A stretch of 64,000 bases of DNA from the human T2T-CHM13v2.0 reference genome, Homo sapiens. This document shows positions 1-16,078 of this stretch, one piece after another. Both the position numbers and the translations under genes were made by a program. Under the pieces are notes generated by a model that did no database searches, was not told where the DNA came from, and saw nothing but the letters and a program-made list of their open reading frames with translations. Position 1 is the first letter of the stretch; the number at the start of each line of letters is the position of its first letter. The DNA is taken from NCBI RefSeq assembly GCF_009914755.1, contig NC_060936.1. One strand, given 5' to 3'.

Positions 1-179
1 TCCTGAGTAGCTGGGACTACAGGAGTGTACCATCATGCCTGGCTAATTTTTGTGTTGTTAGTAGAGATGGGGTTTCACCATGTTGGCCAGGCTGGCCTCA
101 AACTCCTGACCTCAGGTGATCTGCCTGCCTCGGCCTCCCAAAGTGCTAGAATTACAGGCGTGAGCCACTGCGCCCAGCC
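1..179 (-). mobile_element. AluS, cut by window edge
   Basis: Antisense Alu ending ...gtgagccactgcgcccagcc. Confidence 0.95.
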
Positions 180-180
180 T

Positions 181-300
181 ATGGTTAGTATTTTCATGTC
201 CTGTCTTAGAAATGTTTCCCCATCCTGAGGACATAAGGATATCCTCCCATGTCATATCCTAGATTTATTGTTTTAGTTTACACATTTCAGTCTACAACCA
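181..300 (-). mobile_element. Old L1M fragment
   Basis: gtcttagaaatgtttccc...aaggatatcctcccatg...ttttagtttacacatttcagtct resembles antisense L1 3' region. Confidence 0.55.
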
Positions 301-599
301 TCATAGTAATCATAACCAGAAATATATAATGGGTAGATATGACCCATTGCAATATTTTCAGTCCCTCATGGTCTTCCAGAACTTTCTGTTGCCCATGAGA
401 GGTGGAGTCTATTTCCCCTTCCCTTCAACCTGGGTTGGCCTCTATGACTGTTTCAACCAATAGAATAAAGCGGAAGAGGCACACGTATCCTTCCAAAGAT
501 AGCTCAGAGAAGGTAATATGGCTTCCACCTGGCCCTCTCTCATTCTCTCAGGACACATGCTTTGGGTGCTGTGATCACCACATAAGAAGTATGATTCTA

Positions 600-1501
<902 letters not shown>

Positions 1502-2488
1502 TTACCCGGCAATAGATGATTGCAACAGAAGGCAAGAAGACCAGCCATCTCTCCACACTCTAACCTGGCACTAATTTGGAGGGGGATAAGCTTGGTCTCC
1601 ACGCCTGCTCCTTATTTCAAGGGTGTGTTCTCAACCCCCAAAGGCAAAGAAGGCCTTGACTTTCCCTTAGAGAGCCTCATTTCAATCTTAGTGCCTATGC
1701 AAGTAGCAGAGCACATTCATGAAAAGAGAAAGTCCTGGAGATTTAAGAGATGGGAAAGATGAGATAAGAAAGATAAGAAATCCCCCTTGGCAACCCCTGA
1801 AGAGTAGTGAGGTTTTGGTGCTCATCCAGAGAGATTAGCAAGGAACACTTGAGGAGTATCAGTCAGAAAGATCCATGAGGGGCTTGGGGGACACTTTATT
1901 CCTCGAAAAGAGGAAATAAGGCAGATTTCACGGAGATCTCCTGGCTCTGGAGCGCCTGCCTCTCAGCTTTGGCTCCAAGGAGATTCAGCAGCTCAGGGTG
2001 GAGAAAGCTCATTCCAAGTGGGCCCAGGACCTACAGGAAGCCTCTCTGAAACAGCCCAAGGGAAATGCTGATTCTACTTACTGGTGGCTGAGGGAAATCA
2101 AGGTGGTTGCTTCATTTATAGGACTATACTTCTCCCTTTTTAAATACATGCTGATATAATTTGGATATTTATCCCCACCCAAACTCATGTTGAATTGTAA
2201 TCCCCAATGCTGGAGGTAGGGCCTGGTGGGAGGTATTGGGATCATGGGGACAGATCCCTCATGAATGGCTTGGGCCATCCGTTTGGTGAGAAGTGAGAGA
2301 TCTGATGGTTTAAAAGGGTGTGGCCCCTTCCCCTCACTCTCTCTCTTGCTCCTGCTTTTGCTGTTGACATGCCTGCTCCCCCTTTGCCTTCTGCCATGAT
2401 TGGAAGCTTCCTGAGATCTCCCCAGAAGCAAATGCTGCTACGCTTCCTATATAGCCTGCAGAACGGTAAGCCAATAAAACCTCCTTTC

Positions 2489-2595
2489 AGGATGCAGCGA
2501 GCTGAGATCACGCCACTGCACTCCAGCCTGGGCGACAGAGTGAGACTCCATCTCAAAAAACAAAATGAAACAAAACAAACAAACAAGCAAACAAA
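2489..2595 (+). mobile_element. 5'-truncated Alu right-arm fragment inside MST
   Basis: gctgagatcacgccactgcactccagcctgggcgacagagtgagactcc + (CAAA)-rich tail. Confidence 0.9.
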
Positions 2596-2620
2596 AATTA
2601 CCCAGTCTCAGGTATTTCTT

Positions 2621-2925
2621 TTGTTGTTGTTTTTGGTTGGTTGGTTTTGGAGCATGGTCTGACACCTGGGCTGGAGTGCAGTGGTGCAATCATGGTTCAC
2701 TGCAATCTCGACTTCCAGTTTCAGGTGATCCTCCTGCCTCAGCCTCTTAAGTAGCTGAGACTACAGGTGCGCACCACCATGCCCAGCTAATTTTTGTTTT
2801 TCTTGTAGAGACGGGGTTTTGCCATGTTGCCCAGGCTGGTCTTGAGAACTCCTGGGCTCAAGTGGTCCACCTGCCTTGGCTTCCCAAAGTGCTGGGGTTA
2901 CAGTCATGAGCCATCGTGTCTGGCC
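2621..2925 (-). mobile_element. AluJ inside MST
   Basis: Antisense dimer with J diagnostics (cctgggctcaag, catggttcactgc). Confidence 0.9.
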
Positions 2926-3042
2926 CAATCTCTGTGTCATCATTGTCATATGGTGTTCTTTCTGTGTGTCTCTGTCTAGACGTGGCCATCTTCTTACAAG
3001 GACACTAGTCTTATTGGATTAGGAGCCTACTCTGCGTCAGTA
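2926..3042 (-). mobile_element. MLT1C fragment (inverted copy of 10250-10366)
   Basis: Reverse complement aligns to the MLT1C at 10250-10366 at about 83% by hand. Confidence 0.8.
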
Positions 3043-3099
3043 GAACGGCCTAACACACATGCTTAACCTGCTAATAATGACAAGAACACCTACCTCTAT

Positions 3100-3295
3100 C
3101 TACAGTAATGTGATTTACTTGTTTGCCTGTTTATTCCCTGCCCCCACCCCCACCCTCACCCTGCCAGAGCAGCTGTAGGAGATGGAAGACTTTATTCCTG
3201 TGGCTCTTGCCACCTCCTCTGCACCTAACCCAGTGGCAGGCACAGAGAGGGGCTCTGAAATTATTTCCTGAATGAATGGGTAAATGAATGAATGA
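3100..3295 (+). mobile_element. L2 3' end
   Basis: gcacctaacccagtggcaggcacagagaggggctc...tgaatgaatg terminal repeat. Confidence 0.65.
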
Positions 3296-3317
3296 CGAAG
3301 TCAATACATGATAATAG

Positions 3318-3707
<390 letters not shown>

Positions 3708-3793
3708 TAGTTTCCTGGTTTTCCAGAGGTTAGAAAACTTGCTTGAAGTTCCAGAATCACTAAGGGCAGAATCCCATTTCAAACTCAGCCCTT

Positions 3794-3970
3794 CTGAACT
3801 CCTGGGCTCAAGCCATCCTCCCACCATGCCTGGCTTATTCTAAAATGTTTTGTAGAGACTGGGTCTTGCTGCATTGCCCGGGCTAGTCTCGAACTCCTGA
3901 CCTGAAGCGATCCTCCCACCTAAGCCTTCTAAAGCTCTGGGATGACAGGCGTGAGCCACAGCACACGACC
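3794..3970 (-). mobile_element. AluJ remnant with internal deletion
   Basis: Left arm plus short right-arm piece. Confidence 0.8.
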
Positions 3971-4239
3971 TTTTTATTTTTTTTATTTTTGTATCAAGCT
4001 CTTTACTCCCGAGCGCACTCTTAGCCACTCTTAGTCTGCAGGGAATCCACCCACGCTTTTTCCTTTCTTGAGATAAGACAAGAGTGTTTTCCCAAAGGGC
4101 CTTGAGCACCAGAGAGCAGAACTCCAAGCTGCTGTGCTGGGCGTGGACCAGGCCCGGCATGGAGCCCACACAGAGCCTCTGACTTAGGCCGGGGGTTCTC
4201 ATCCCATTTCCGTGGCCTGGGAACTCAGGGGGAAAGAGC

Positions 4240-4620
4240 AATTAAATTAGAGGGGTCAAAGAAGGAGGAGGAGGGTGGGGAGCTGGTGGCCAGACCCAGA
4301 AAGGCCAGATTTCAATTTGCATAATAATTTTGTTAGCAACAATGGTCATCCAGGACATCTCTTTAAAGGCTGTAATGTTAATTTAATGGGAAAAAAGCTA
4401 ATACAATTCCCCCAGAATTTTTCAATTAAATTAATGTGATGGGCTTTAATGGATAGCTTAAGTAGAGAGCGTGAATAGGAGAAATATTGCATAAATTATC
4501 CATACATTTATATATGTGCTGCCCGTATATGTAATCTCTCCGCTCTAAGGTTTTGACATATGAGAGGTCTTATGCTTAAATCTGGCAACAAGTTATGACT
4601 CTATTTCAATTAAAGTGACC
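4240..4620. promoter_or_regulatory. Candidate POU/SOX/homeodomain enhancer
   Basis: Repeat-free, AT-rich; ATTTGCAT 4315-4322, AACAATG 4338-4344, TGCATAAATTA 4488-4498, many TAAT/ATTA. Confidence 0.45.
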
Positions 4621-4896
4621 CTTTTATCATTCAAAGAAGGGGGGGATGCTCCTTCCCATGTAGCTTCCACACAGCCCTTCCTTTCAACAACACACCAGAA
4701 GATTCCAGTCTTAAAGAAACAGAAGGCTCGTGTAACAATAACCCATGAGAACACACATGTGCACAGAAAGTCGATGATATGAGAAATCTGTAGATGCAGA
4801 ATCTCGTTCCCTGCTCTCTGCTCCCCAAAGACACTTGATGGAGCAGAAAATAAAATGGATTAAATTTCAAGGACCCCTTTATCTTCTTGAGCCTAT

Positions 4897-5020
4897 ATTT
4901 ATTTGTTCATATGTTCCATTTAGCAGATGTTTACTGGACACCCACTAAATGCTGGATGCTGTTCAAGGTGCTTCAGGGAATCGTGCAGTGAGCAATCAGA
5001 TGTGATCACTGTCCACAGTA
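4897..5020 (-). mobile_element. L2 3' fragment
   Basis: catttagcagatgtttactggacacccactaaatgctggatgctgttcaaggtgct. Confidence 0.6.
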
Positions 5021-5160
5021 TACTGTCCCTCTTGGTCAAATCTCATAACCATATACGAAATGGTGCTGATTTATTTCTGTAAAAAATGCAAGATAATATA
5101 AATTCAGGTAGCCTTTTCGTGCCTCCATTTGATTCTATTTTAACTCCCTTCATTTAATTT

Positions 5161-5486
5161 AATTATTTTAATTTTTCTTTTTTTGAGACAAGGTCTTGCT
5201 CCATGGCCCAGGCTAGAGTGGAGTGGTGTAATCACAGTTTACTGCAACCTTGACCTCCCAGGCTTAAGCGATTCTCCCACCTCAGCCCCCTGAGTAGCTG
5301 AGACTACAGGCATGTGCCACCGCATCAGTGAGCGCTTTAAAATTTTTTAAAATTTAAAAATTTTTTTGTAGAGTCAAGCTTCTGCTGCGCTACCCGGGTT
5401 GATCTTGAACTGCCAGGCTCAAGCAATACACCTGCCCTGGCCTCCCAAGATATTGGGATTACAGGCATGAGCCACTGCATCTGGTC
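5161..5486 (-). mobile_element. AluJ
   Basis: Antisense dimer, J diagnostics. Confidence 0.9.
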
Positions 5487-5553
5487 AAATGGAAGCATTG
5501 ATTTTAAATTTTTTAAGTTTTTAACTATTATGGATACATAACAGTTGTCTGTG

Positions 5554-5951
5554 TGATATGGCTTGAACATATGTCCTTGCCAAATCTCATGTTGAAATGT
5601 GATCCCCAGCGTTAGAGGTGAACCTGGTGTTTGGGTGGTGGGGGTGGATCTCTCATGGCTTGGTGCTGTCCTCACAATAGCAAGTGAGCTCTCACGAGAT
5701 CTGGTTAAGTGTGCGGCATCTCATCCCCCACTCTCTCCCTTCTTGCTCCTGCTTCCCCCTTATGACTTGCCAGCTCCTGCTTCACCTTCCACCATGAGTA
5801 AAAGCTCCCTGAGGCCTCCCCAGAAGCCAAGCAGATGCCAACACCACGCTTCCTGCAGCCTGCAGAACTGTGAACCAATTAAACCTCTTTTCTTTATAAA
5901 TTACCCTATCTCATGTATTCCTTTATAGCAATGCAAGAACGGCCTAACACA
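5554..5951 (+). mobile_element. MST (MSTA/B) solo LTR, intact
   Basis: tgatatggcttg...gcaatgcaagaacggcctaacaca; flanks ctgtg/ccatg fit a CCGTG TSD with CpG decay. Confidence 0.9.
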
Positions 5952-5991
5952 CCATGCCTTTATTTATCACTTGTAAAATAAAGATAATAAT

Positions 5992-6535
5992 TGTGTTAGC
6001 CTTAAATCAGTGTCCAAGATGGCCCCAACCATCTCACTGCCTCCTATGGGCCTTATTCACATCTTTGCATAGGACCCTCCCACACTGAGTAGTGTACCGG
6101 GTAGCATGTTGTAGAAATGGGAGGCTGTGACTTCTAAGGCAAGGCTATGGAAGACATTGCAGCCTCTTCTTTGCTCTCTCTTTTGGCTCATTTGCCGAAA
6201 GAGAGGGAGGCCAGCCACCATGTTGTGAGGACATTCCAGTAGCCCTGCAGGGAGGTCTGTGTGATGAGGAACTGAGGTCTCCTGCCAATGGTCAGATCAC
6301 CTTGCCAACAGCCACATAAGCGAGTCACCATGGAGCAGATCCTCCAGCCCCCAATGAGCCTTCAGATGAGACTGCAGCCCCAGCCAACATCTCAACTGCA
6401 CCTTCATGAGAGAATAGCCAGCTAAGCCACTTCCAGATTCCTGACCCACAGAGACCTCATAAAGTAGTGTTGATTGTTGCCTTAAGCCACTAAGTGTCAA
6501 GAATAATTTGTGATGCATCAATAAATAAATGAGAT
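5992..6535 (+). mobile_element. MLT1F-like LTR
   Basis: ccaagatggcccc, tgaggaactgaggtctcctgccaa, ccttcagatgagactgcagccccagcc, cttaagccactaag. Confidence 0.8.
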
Positions 6536-7068
6536 GGTTTTCTCCCTTTCCTGCTGGCCGTAGGTGAAATTACGGTGGAGGCAAAGTAGGTTTTCTCATT
6601 AAGGTCCCCATACCTGCTTTCTGCTTACCTTTCCTAAAGCAGCACCCCTGTTCCCTTGCTTAAGCTTGTAGCTGATGCAAGTTTAATATGACCACTGTCA
6701 GAGGTATTGTCATTTTAATTACAGTCTCTTGAAAATCAAAAAAGGATTTCAAGCCTAAAGAAATGAAGGTCTCCAGGTAAAATCTCTGTAAACTGGGAAG
6801 CTGTTAGGTGATGGGAGCTTCCAGGGATCCTCAAATCACCTCTCTAGGGATCCATGCTTTTTTACTCAACTCCTAGCATGTCAGCAGCCGAGACAAAAAG
6901 GGCACACAAGTGCTGGCACTGACTTATTTCCAGTTTTGTTTTTTTTTTTGCATCAATCTTTGTTTCCAGAGGCTATTTTCCCCCATCTTAGGCTATGATG
7001 GTTCATGATCTGCTGATAGGAAAAATAAAAAGCTAAGTGAGGTTTTCACTGATTGAACTCCAAAACTG

Positions 7069-7636
<568 letters not shown>

Positions 7637-8511
7637 CTTATATGGCACCCTATGGAGAGTGTGTCAAAGGCAGCAGGAAATAGCATTTCTGCTCAGCATC
7701 TCTCAAACTATTTAATTTAAGCTTTCAAGGACTGATACCTAAGGGAGATGATGAACCTACAGCACTAGGTGGTGAGCGCTTTCTGTCCAGTGAGCCCACC
7801 TACCAAGAACTCCACTGCCTGCCAGGGTAGGTGGCTCGCTCTGTGCTGATTTCTCAAGAGAGTGTCCCTCTGAAACTGACTACTGTGTTGGCCCCTTTCC
7901 CGGGAGGCATAAGGGTGACAGCAAGGGGCAGGGGAGCCAGAGCTCCTTAGGGGAGCAGAGGAATTCTCTCCTTGGTGGGATCAACTCTGATTTGAAGTGG
8001 AGACAGGCTGAGAGCTTGAGTCTTCAAGGGCAACACATTTAGGGGAGTCATGGTGTGTCTGCCTCTGGAGCAGCAGAGCAGAGAATGCGGGACTCTTGGT
8101 TTCTTCACTTGGTTTGTACAAGGATGTGACTCAAGGGTTAGCCCAGCCATCTTCATCACCATGTGGACAAAGTCAGTCTGCAGGAAGAGAGAGGGACACA
8201 CAGCTTCTACTTCTTAACCATTTCCTTCTGTTTCTGAGCAGACACCTGGATCCTTGTGCTTGACAACATGGTTTTAGACTACCCTTGATGATATACAGCA
8301 GAAACAGAATGGGAATTAACCAGGCAGATGAGCATTAACTCCTCTGTATTGTAAAAGAAAGTGAGCAGGCAGTGTCACAGAAATCATGTAGCCAGATAAG
8401 AGCTATCAATGACCCATGTTTGCCCTTGATAAGAGCTGCTCTTTGCACCTATAAAGGAGAAAAGAGGTGGTGACTGAGCAATGATCAAGAGAGCGTCCAT
8501 TAATTAGTCCC

Positions 8512-8900
8512 TCCATCCATGCGTCCATATATCAACTCAACCACTCATTCATCCATCCACCCATCCATCAATCCATCAGTCTGTTGATCCAGTCAGCCAG
8601 CCAACCATTCATCCATCCACCCACCCATCCATCCTTCCATCCATTCATCCATCCATCATCAACTCATCATCCCTTCATCCATCTAGCTACCCATCCATAC
8701 ATTGTATCCATTCATCCATCCATCCACCCATCCAACCATTCACCCATTCACTCAGCAAACTGTCATGGAGCACCTTTCATATCCTTGACCCTATGAGAGA
8801 TTTCCAATTCAATGAACATTTATTAAAACAGTATCCATCAACTTATCCACCCCATCCATCCATCCAGTCACCCATCCAACCATCCACCGACCACTCCACT
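8512..8900 (+). repeat. Degenerate (CATC)n arrays (units A and B)
   Basis: Two CATC-rich blocks separated by a 70-bp non-repetitive segment. Confidence 0.9.
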
Positions 8901-8949
8901 ACCATATCTTCCAACGTGCAAGAAATGTTATCTGGCAAAGCAGTAACAG

Positions 8950-9095
8950 CTCTGCGCCTGCTCTGCTAGATGCTGAGGATGCAAAGAAAAATAAGCCAGG
9001 GTCCCTCAAGGAGTTTACAGTTTGGTTGTAGGTGGGGGATAGAAATGTAAACATCCAGTAGAGTAAGGAAAGTACTGAAGGAACACAGAGGAGGC
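8950..9095 (-). mobile_element. L2 fragment
   Basis: gctagatgctgaggatgcaaag...gtccctcaaggagtttacagt. Confidence 0.65.
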
Positions 9096-9319
9096 CAAAC
9101 CGTCCATAGTTTACATTGGCCCACCACAGTGGGATTGGGGTTGCCCAGAGCTGAGCAGTGTCCTCACTCAATCACCACCATATATAACTGCATATTTTGT
9201 GGGGAGTCAGTGAGGTGGGAGAAGAGCTAACTCATCACAGTGGACAAGTTTTATTTGACTAACACCTTTTGAGAGAACCACTGCTCTCCACTTCTCAGTC
9301 ATTGTAGTTCAGAGACAGC

Positions 9320-9690
9320 TGAACCCACCCATCTGCTCCAGGCCTGGCTAAGGAGAAAACCAAATACGCCTGGCCACTGGAACAGGCTCTGAGAGGTAGC
9401 CATTGAAGCCATCCTGGGGACCTTGGCTGTCCTGGGGAAAAGGGCAGAGTCTCCTTCTAAAGCTGATGAGCCTGGAGCTGCTGGGACCCATGCTTCCCAC
9501 CATGAAGAAGGAGGGTGTCTGAGAATGATGCCCAAAGGGAAGCATTGCTGAGAGGAGAGAGAGCAGGGGATGAAGGCATTGGTTGAGCTTCTGGATCCAG
9601 CTGCGCTGAAAGCCACAATAGAGACCTCGCCTGATACATTAACAGAAAAATCCCTCATTTGGTCTCAGTTAGTCTATGGTGGCTTCCTCC
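9320..9690 (+). mobile_element. ERVL-class LTR remnant (LTR16/MLT1J-K-like)
   Basis: gagcctggagctgctgg, gagcttctggatccagctgcgctgaaagcca, aaatccctc. Confidence 0.5.
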
Positions 9691-9766
9691 ACAAACCTGG
9701 GGACATTTGGAAAGGAGCAGGAACTGCTTTGCCAGGTAATGATGCTTGCATGTTGGGAGATACAGT

Positions 9767-9850
9767 GGATGGATGAATGGATGGATGGATGGATGGATGG
9801 ATGGATGGATGGATGGATGGATGGATGGATAGATGGATTGATGGGGTGGA
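9767..9850 (+). repeat. (GGAT)n microsatellite (unit C)
   Basis: Near-perfect GGAT run. Confidence 0.95.
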
Positions 9851-9960
9851 TATATTGATGGATACTATCTTAATCACCAGTCACTCACAGCTTCAAGTAC
9901 AAAAAGCGACTCCTATCAAGGGCAGATAGTGTTCACTGATTCTCTCATTCAGTCAATAAT

Positions 9961-10075
9961 TGGCCTGAATTTTAGTTTCAGCCCTGCCTCTAACCAGCTG
10001 TGTGACCTTGGGTTAGATGCTCTCCCTCTCTGGGCTTCAGACACATCAACTGTAAAGTGAATGAATTATATTACA
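9961..10075 (+). mobile_element. MIR
   Basis: gccctgcctctaaccagctgtgtgaccttggg...ctctctgggcttcag. Confidence 0.75.
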
Positions 10076-10136
10076 TCACATTTCTTGAAGCATAATCAGA
10101 ACAGTAGTCCTTTGGGATACACTGGAAAATAAACTA

Positions 10137-10929
<793 letters not shown>

Positions 10930-10944
10930 GGAGTCAAGGACGCT

Positions 10945-11075
10945 TGCTAATTCTGCATACTGTACTCCTCTGAGATCCATCATGCACACTATCGTATTAA
11001 AGGCTCTAAGAAGTCCTCCCGTAAAGACCCATTTAAATGCGTCTAATCCAGCACTTCCACAACTTCTTTGATGAC
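10945..11075. mobile_element. hAT-Charlie MITE fragment (Charlie4z-like)
   Basis: tattaaaggctctaagaagtcc...gtaaaga...aatccagcacttccacaactt. Confidence 0.45.
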
Positions 11076-11160
11076 TCCTAAGATTAGAAGATCTCTAAGA
11101 TCTTTTGCGACTGCAACTGCGTGGGGTGTTAGGAAGCGGACAAGCAATGAATGTGGGTGA

Positions 11161-11532
<372 letters not shown>

Positions 11533-11827
11533 TAAAGAATACACGTAAAGTATGTGGTTTAAAAATATCCAAACAGTACAAAAAGCTGTATAGGAAAAAT
11601 ACATTCCTGTCCCATACCTCTCCCCCAGGCCCTTCAGAAGACACAGCTCCCCATGTTCTTATTTATTCTTCCAGAGTGTTCTACACATATATACACCCAT
11701 ATAGAGATACGATTCTTGTTTTGCACAAATGGTCATCTAGTATATTTATGATTTTTCTACTGTGTTTCTTAAAAAATTAACATATCTTAGAGATTTCTGT
11801 ATTATAAGTACAAATCTGGTGCTTATC

Positions 11828-12009
11828 CTTGTCTGGATAATTCTGTGTTGTGGGTCTGTTCTGTGCACTGTAAGATATTGAGGAGCATCCCTGGCTTCTA
11901 CCCACTAGATGCCAGTAGCACCCTGCTAAGTTGTGACAGTGAAGAATGTCTTTAGATGTTGCCAAATGTCCCCTGGGGCAGTAAAGTCACCCCCTGGTGA
12001 GAAGCATTG
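11828..12009. mobile_element. MER20 (hAT-Charlie)
   Basis: gcatccctggcttctacccactagatgccagtagcacc...gccaaatgtcccctgggg. Confidence 0.85.
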
Positions 12010-12010
12010 A

Positions 12011-12441
<431 letters not shown>

Positions 12442-12573
12442 AACAATGTTATAATGAACGTTCTTGTGTCTTTGGCACATAGGTAAGTTTATCTGTAGGA
12501 TAAACTGTTGCACATTTTCTTGTTCACCACTCAGTAAGTGTTAGTTAAGTAAGCAAAAAAATGGAAAGAGAAA

Positions 12574-12885
<312 letters not shown>

Positions 12886-12894
12886 GAAGAAGAA

Positions 12895-13158
12895 GAATGT
12901 GAGCTGAGAGCTTCAGTTCTTATCTTTTAAACCAAGTCGGGGGAATCCTACCTGTTGTTGGAGGAAATGAGGTCAACCCACTGAGAAAGACAGAACCAAG
13001 AGATGGAATTTTCATTTAAGCCCCTTGATCCAGTTGTGCCTGAAGCCACCTACTCCTGGCTTTACTCATTCTGTGATCCAATGCATTCTCTTTAAGGCTT
13101 AAGCCTGTTTGAGTTGAGGTTTTATAAACTTCAACTTAAAGACTCCTGGGTATAAACA
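12895..13158 (+). mobile_element. ERVL-class LTR 3' part (MLT1J/K or LTR16-like)
   Basis: gatccagttgtgcctgaagcc...gcttaagcctgtttgagttgaggtttt. Confidence 0.6.
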
Positions 13159-13786
13159 GAAGCATGACTCCTCCAAGAAGCCTGTCTGAACTCAGCCCTC
13201 CTTTCTGGCTCCCGCAGACCCTGTGCTGTCTATGCTGAGCCAAGTACCTCCTCTGTGAGAGTCACTGTTCCCTCGTTGGTCTCCTTGCCCCTGTATCTCC
13301 AGCACCTGGATCAGAGGGGATGCTCAAAAGGATCCACTGAATGAATGAGTGTTAGTGTCTTACAACTCACAGCCTCGACGCCTCTGCTCAGTGGGGGCTC
13401 AATAAATCCACACAAGAAACCTTCTGGCAGCCAGACGAACTTTCTTAACTTGATCCAGGAAGTTCTGCCAAAGGAGCAAAACAATACTCACTCCAGGGCA
13501 GGGGCTGCCCGGCAAAGGGAGGCGTTCCTGGGGTGCAGGGAGGGGCGGTCTTCCAGGAATCTCTGCCACCCTAAGCCGCTGGCTGGACATCCCTGGGCAA
13601 ATGGCCCAGTGGCCTCTGAGGTCTCTGTGCTTAAACCTCCCACTCCCTTCCAGAACAGGTTTGGCCTTATTCAGAACCATCTTATTTCAGCAAATCCTGC
13701 CCCAGCTGCTGCACACAAAGCATGCTATTTACAAAGTTAATGTTTACAAAGTGTTCTGAGGGCCTGTGCACAAGTAGGACACTTTA

Positions 13787-14210
<424 letters not shown>

Positions 14211-14213
14211 ATG

Positions 14214-14869
<656 letters not shown>

Positions 14870-14993
14870 TCATACTGACTGTTAAATGAGCACCTACTAT
14901 GTGCCAAACACTGTTCTAGGTCCTAAGTGCCCAGCAATGAACAAAAGCCTTCTTTCTAGTAGAGAGAAGTGGGCAAAGAGATAAATAAATACG

Positions 14994-15301
14994 TTTTTTG
15001 TTTTTTGTTTTTTGTTTTTTGAGACAGAGTCTTGCACTGCCGCCCAGGCTGGAGTGCAGTGGCACCATCTTGGCTCACTGCAAGCTCTGCCTCCCGGGTT
15101 CACACCATTCTCCTGCCTCAGCCTCCTGAGTAGCTGGGACTACAGGCACCGACCACCACACCTGGCTAATTTTTTGTATTTTTAGTAAAGACGGGGTTTC
15201 ACCCTGTTAGCCAGGATAGTCTCGATCTCCCGACCTTGTGATCTGTCTGCCTCGGCCTCCCAAAGTGCTGGGATTACAGGCATGAGCCACCGCGCCTGGC
15301 C
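14994..15301 (-). mobile_element. AluY within antisense L2 (about 14880-15400)
   Basis: gcaagctc, caccattctcc, gttagccaggat; flank gagcacctactatgtgccaaacactgttctagg is L2. Confidence 0.92.
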
Positions 15302-15517
15302 AATAAGTTGTTTCAAACGCAAATAAATGTCATTTAAAATAACAACGCAGGCCAGATAAGGAGGGACTTGGGAGGGGCTTCTTTTGTTGGGAAGTCACTT
15401 CTGTTACCTACTCAATCTTCACAACCACTGGATGTCCCTGTCCCCATTTCATGGAAGAGGAGGCTGTAGCTGGGAGAGCACAGTGACCTGCCTCAGACCC
15501 AGACAGAAAGAGTAGAC

Positions 15518-16078
15518 TTCATTAAGGGTACCCGGAATCTGTTTTAATCGAGGCTGGTAAGACACACAGACACGGAAACGACTGTCACGAAGGAAGAAGT
15601 TGATGATGTCCACAGATGCCTAAAACAGGAAGCATGGCACACCACGCAGGGCTGCACGAGGCAGCACTAGGGTGGGGCAGGAGGCAGGGGAGGTGGGGAA
15701 ACATGGGCCAGCGCCTTTACTGTGGTTTCCCCAGGAAGAAATAAGCAAGGCAGGGTAAGTGGGTTTAGGATTGGCTCGTTTGAATAATTTCAGCAGGCTC
15801 TGGAGGTATAGGGGCTGTCCCTTAGTTGTCTGGTTCCTGGCTCTGGGGTGACTATGGCAGGTAGGTAGTGACCAAGATTATGAAAGTCTAATAAAATAGG
15901 CTGCTGGGGGTAGGGTTTCTGGAGGGATTGGCTTGCATTTGAAAGGCATGCTCTCCGGTGACCTGTTCACTTTCTCCAGGAATTGGACAGCTCTGGGAGG
16001 GGAAGTCCTTCCAGGGTCACCAAGGCCCCAAGATGTCAAAGCATCAGAATACAGAAAACAAAAGACATGGTTGATACA
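15518..16078 (-). mobile_element. MER74-like ERVL LTR inserted in a MIR
   Basis: Reverse complement begins tgtatcaaccatgtcttttgttttctgtattctgatgctttgacatcttggggcc; flanks tagac/cagac. Confidence 0.75.

Larger units (their letters stand above)
2152..3057 (+). mobile_element. MST (MSTA/B) solo LTR with two internal insertions
   Basis: Starts tgatataatttgg, ends gaacggcctaacaca; perfect 5-bp TSD catgc at 2147-2151 and 3058-3062. Confidence 0.9.

Noticed and set aside
8820-9876. Novel TIR DNA transposon
   Set aside because: No TSD, the arms contain microsatellite, and the interior is L2/LTR debris; kept only as an inverted duplication.
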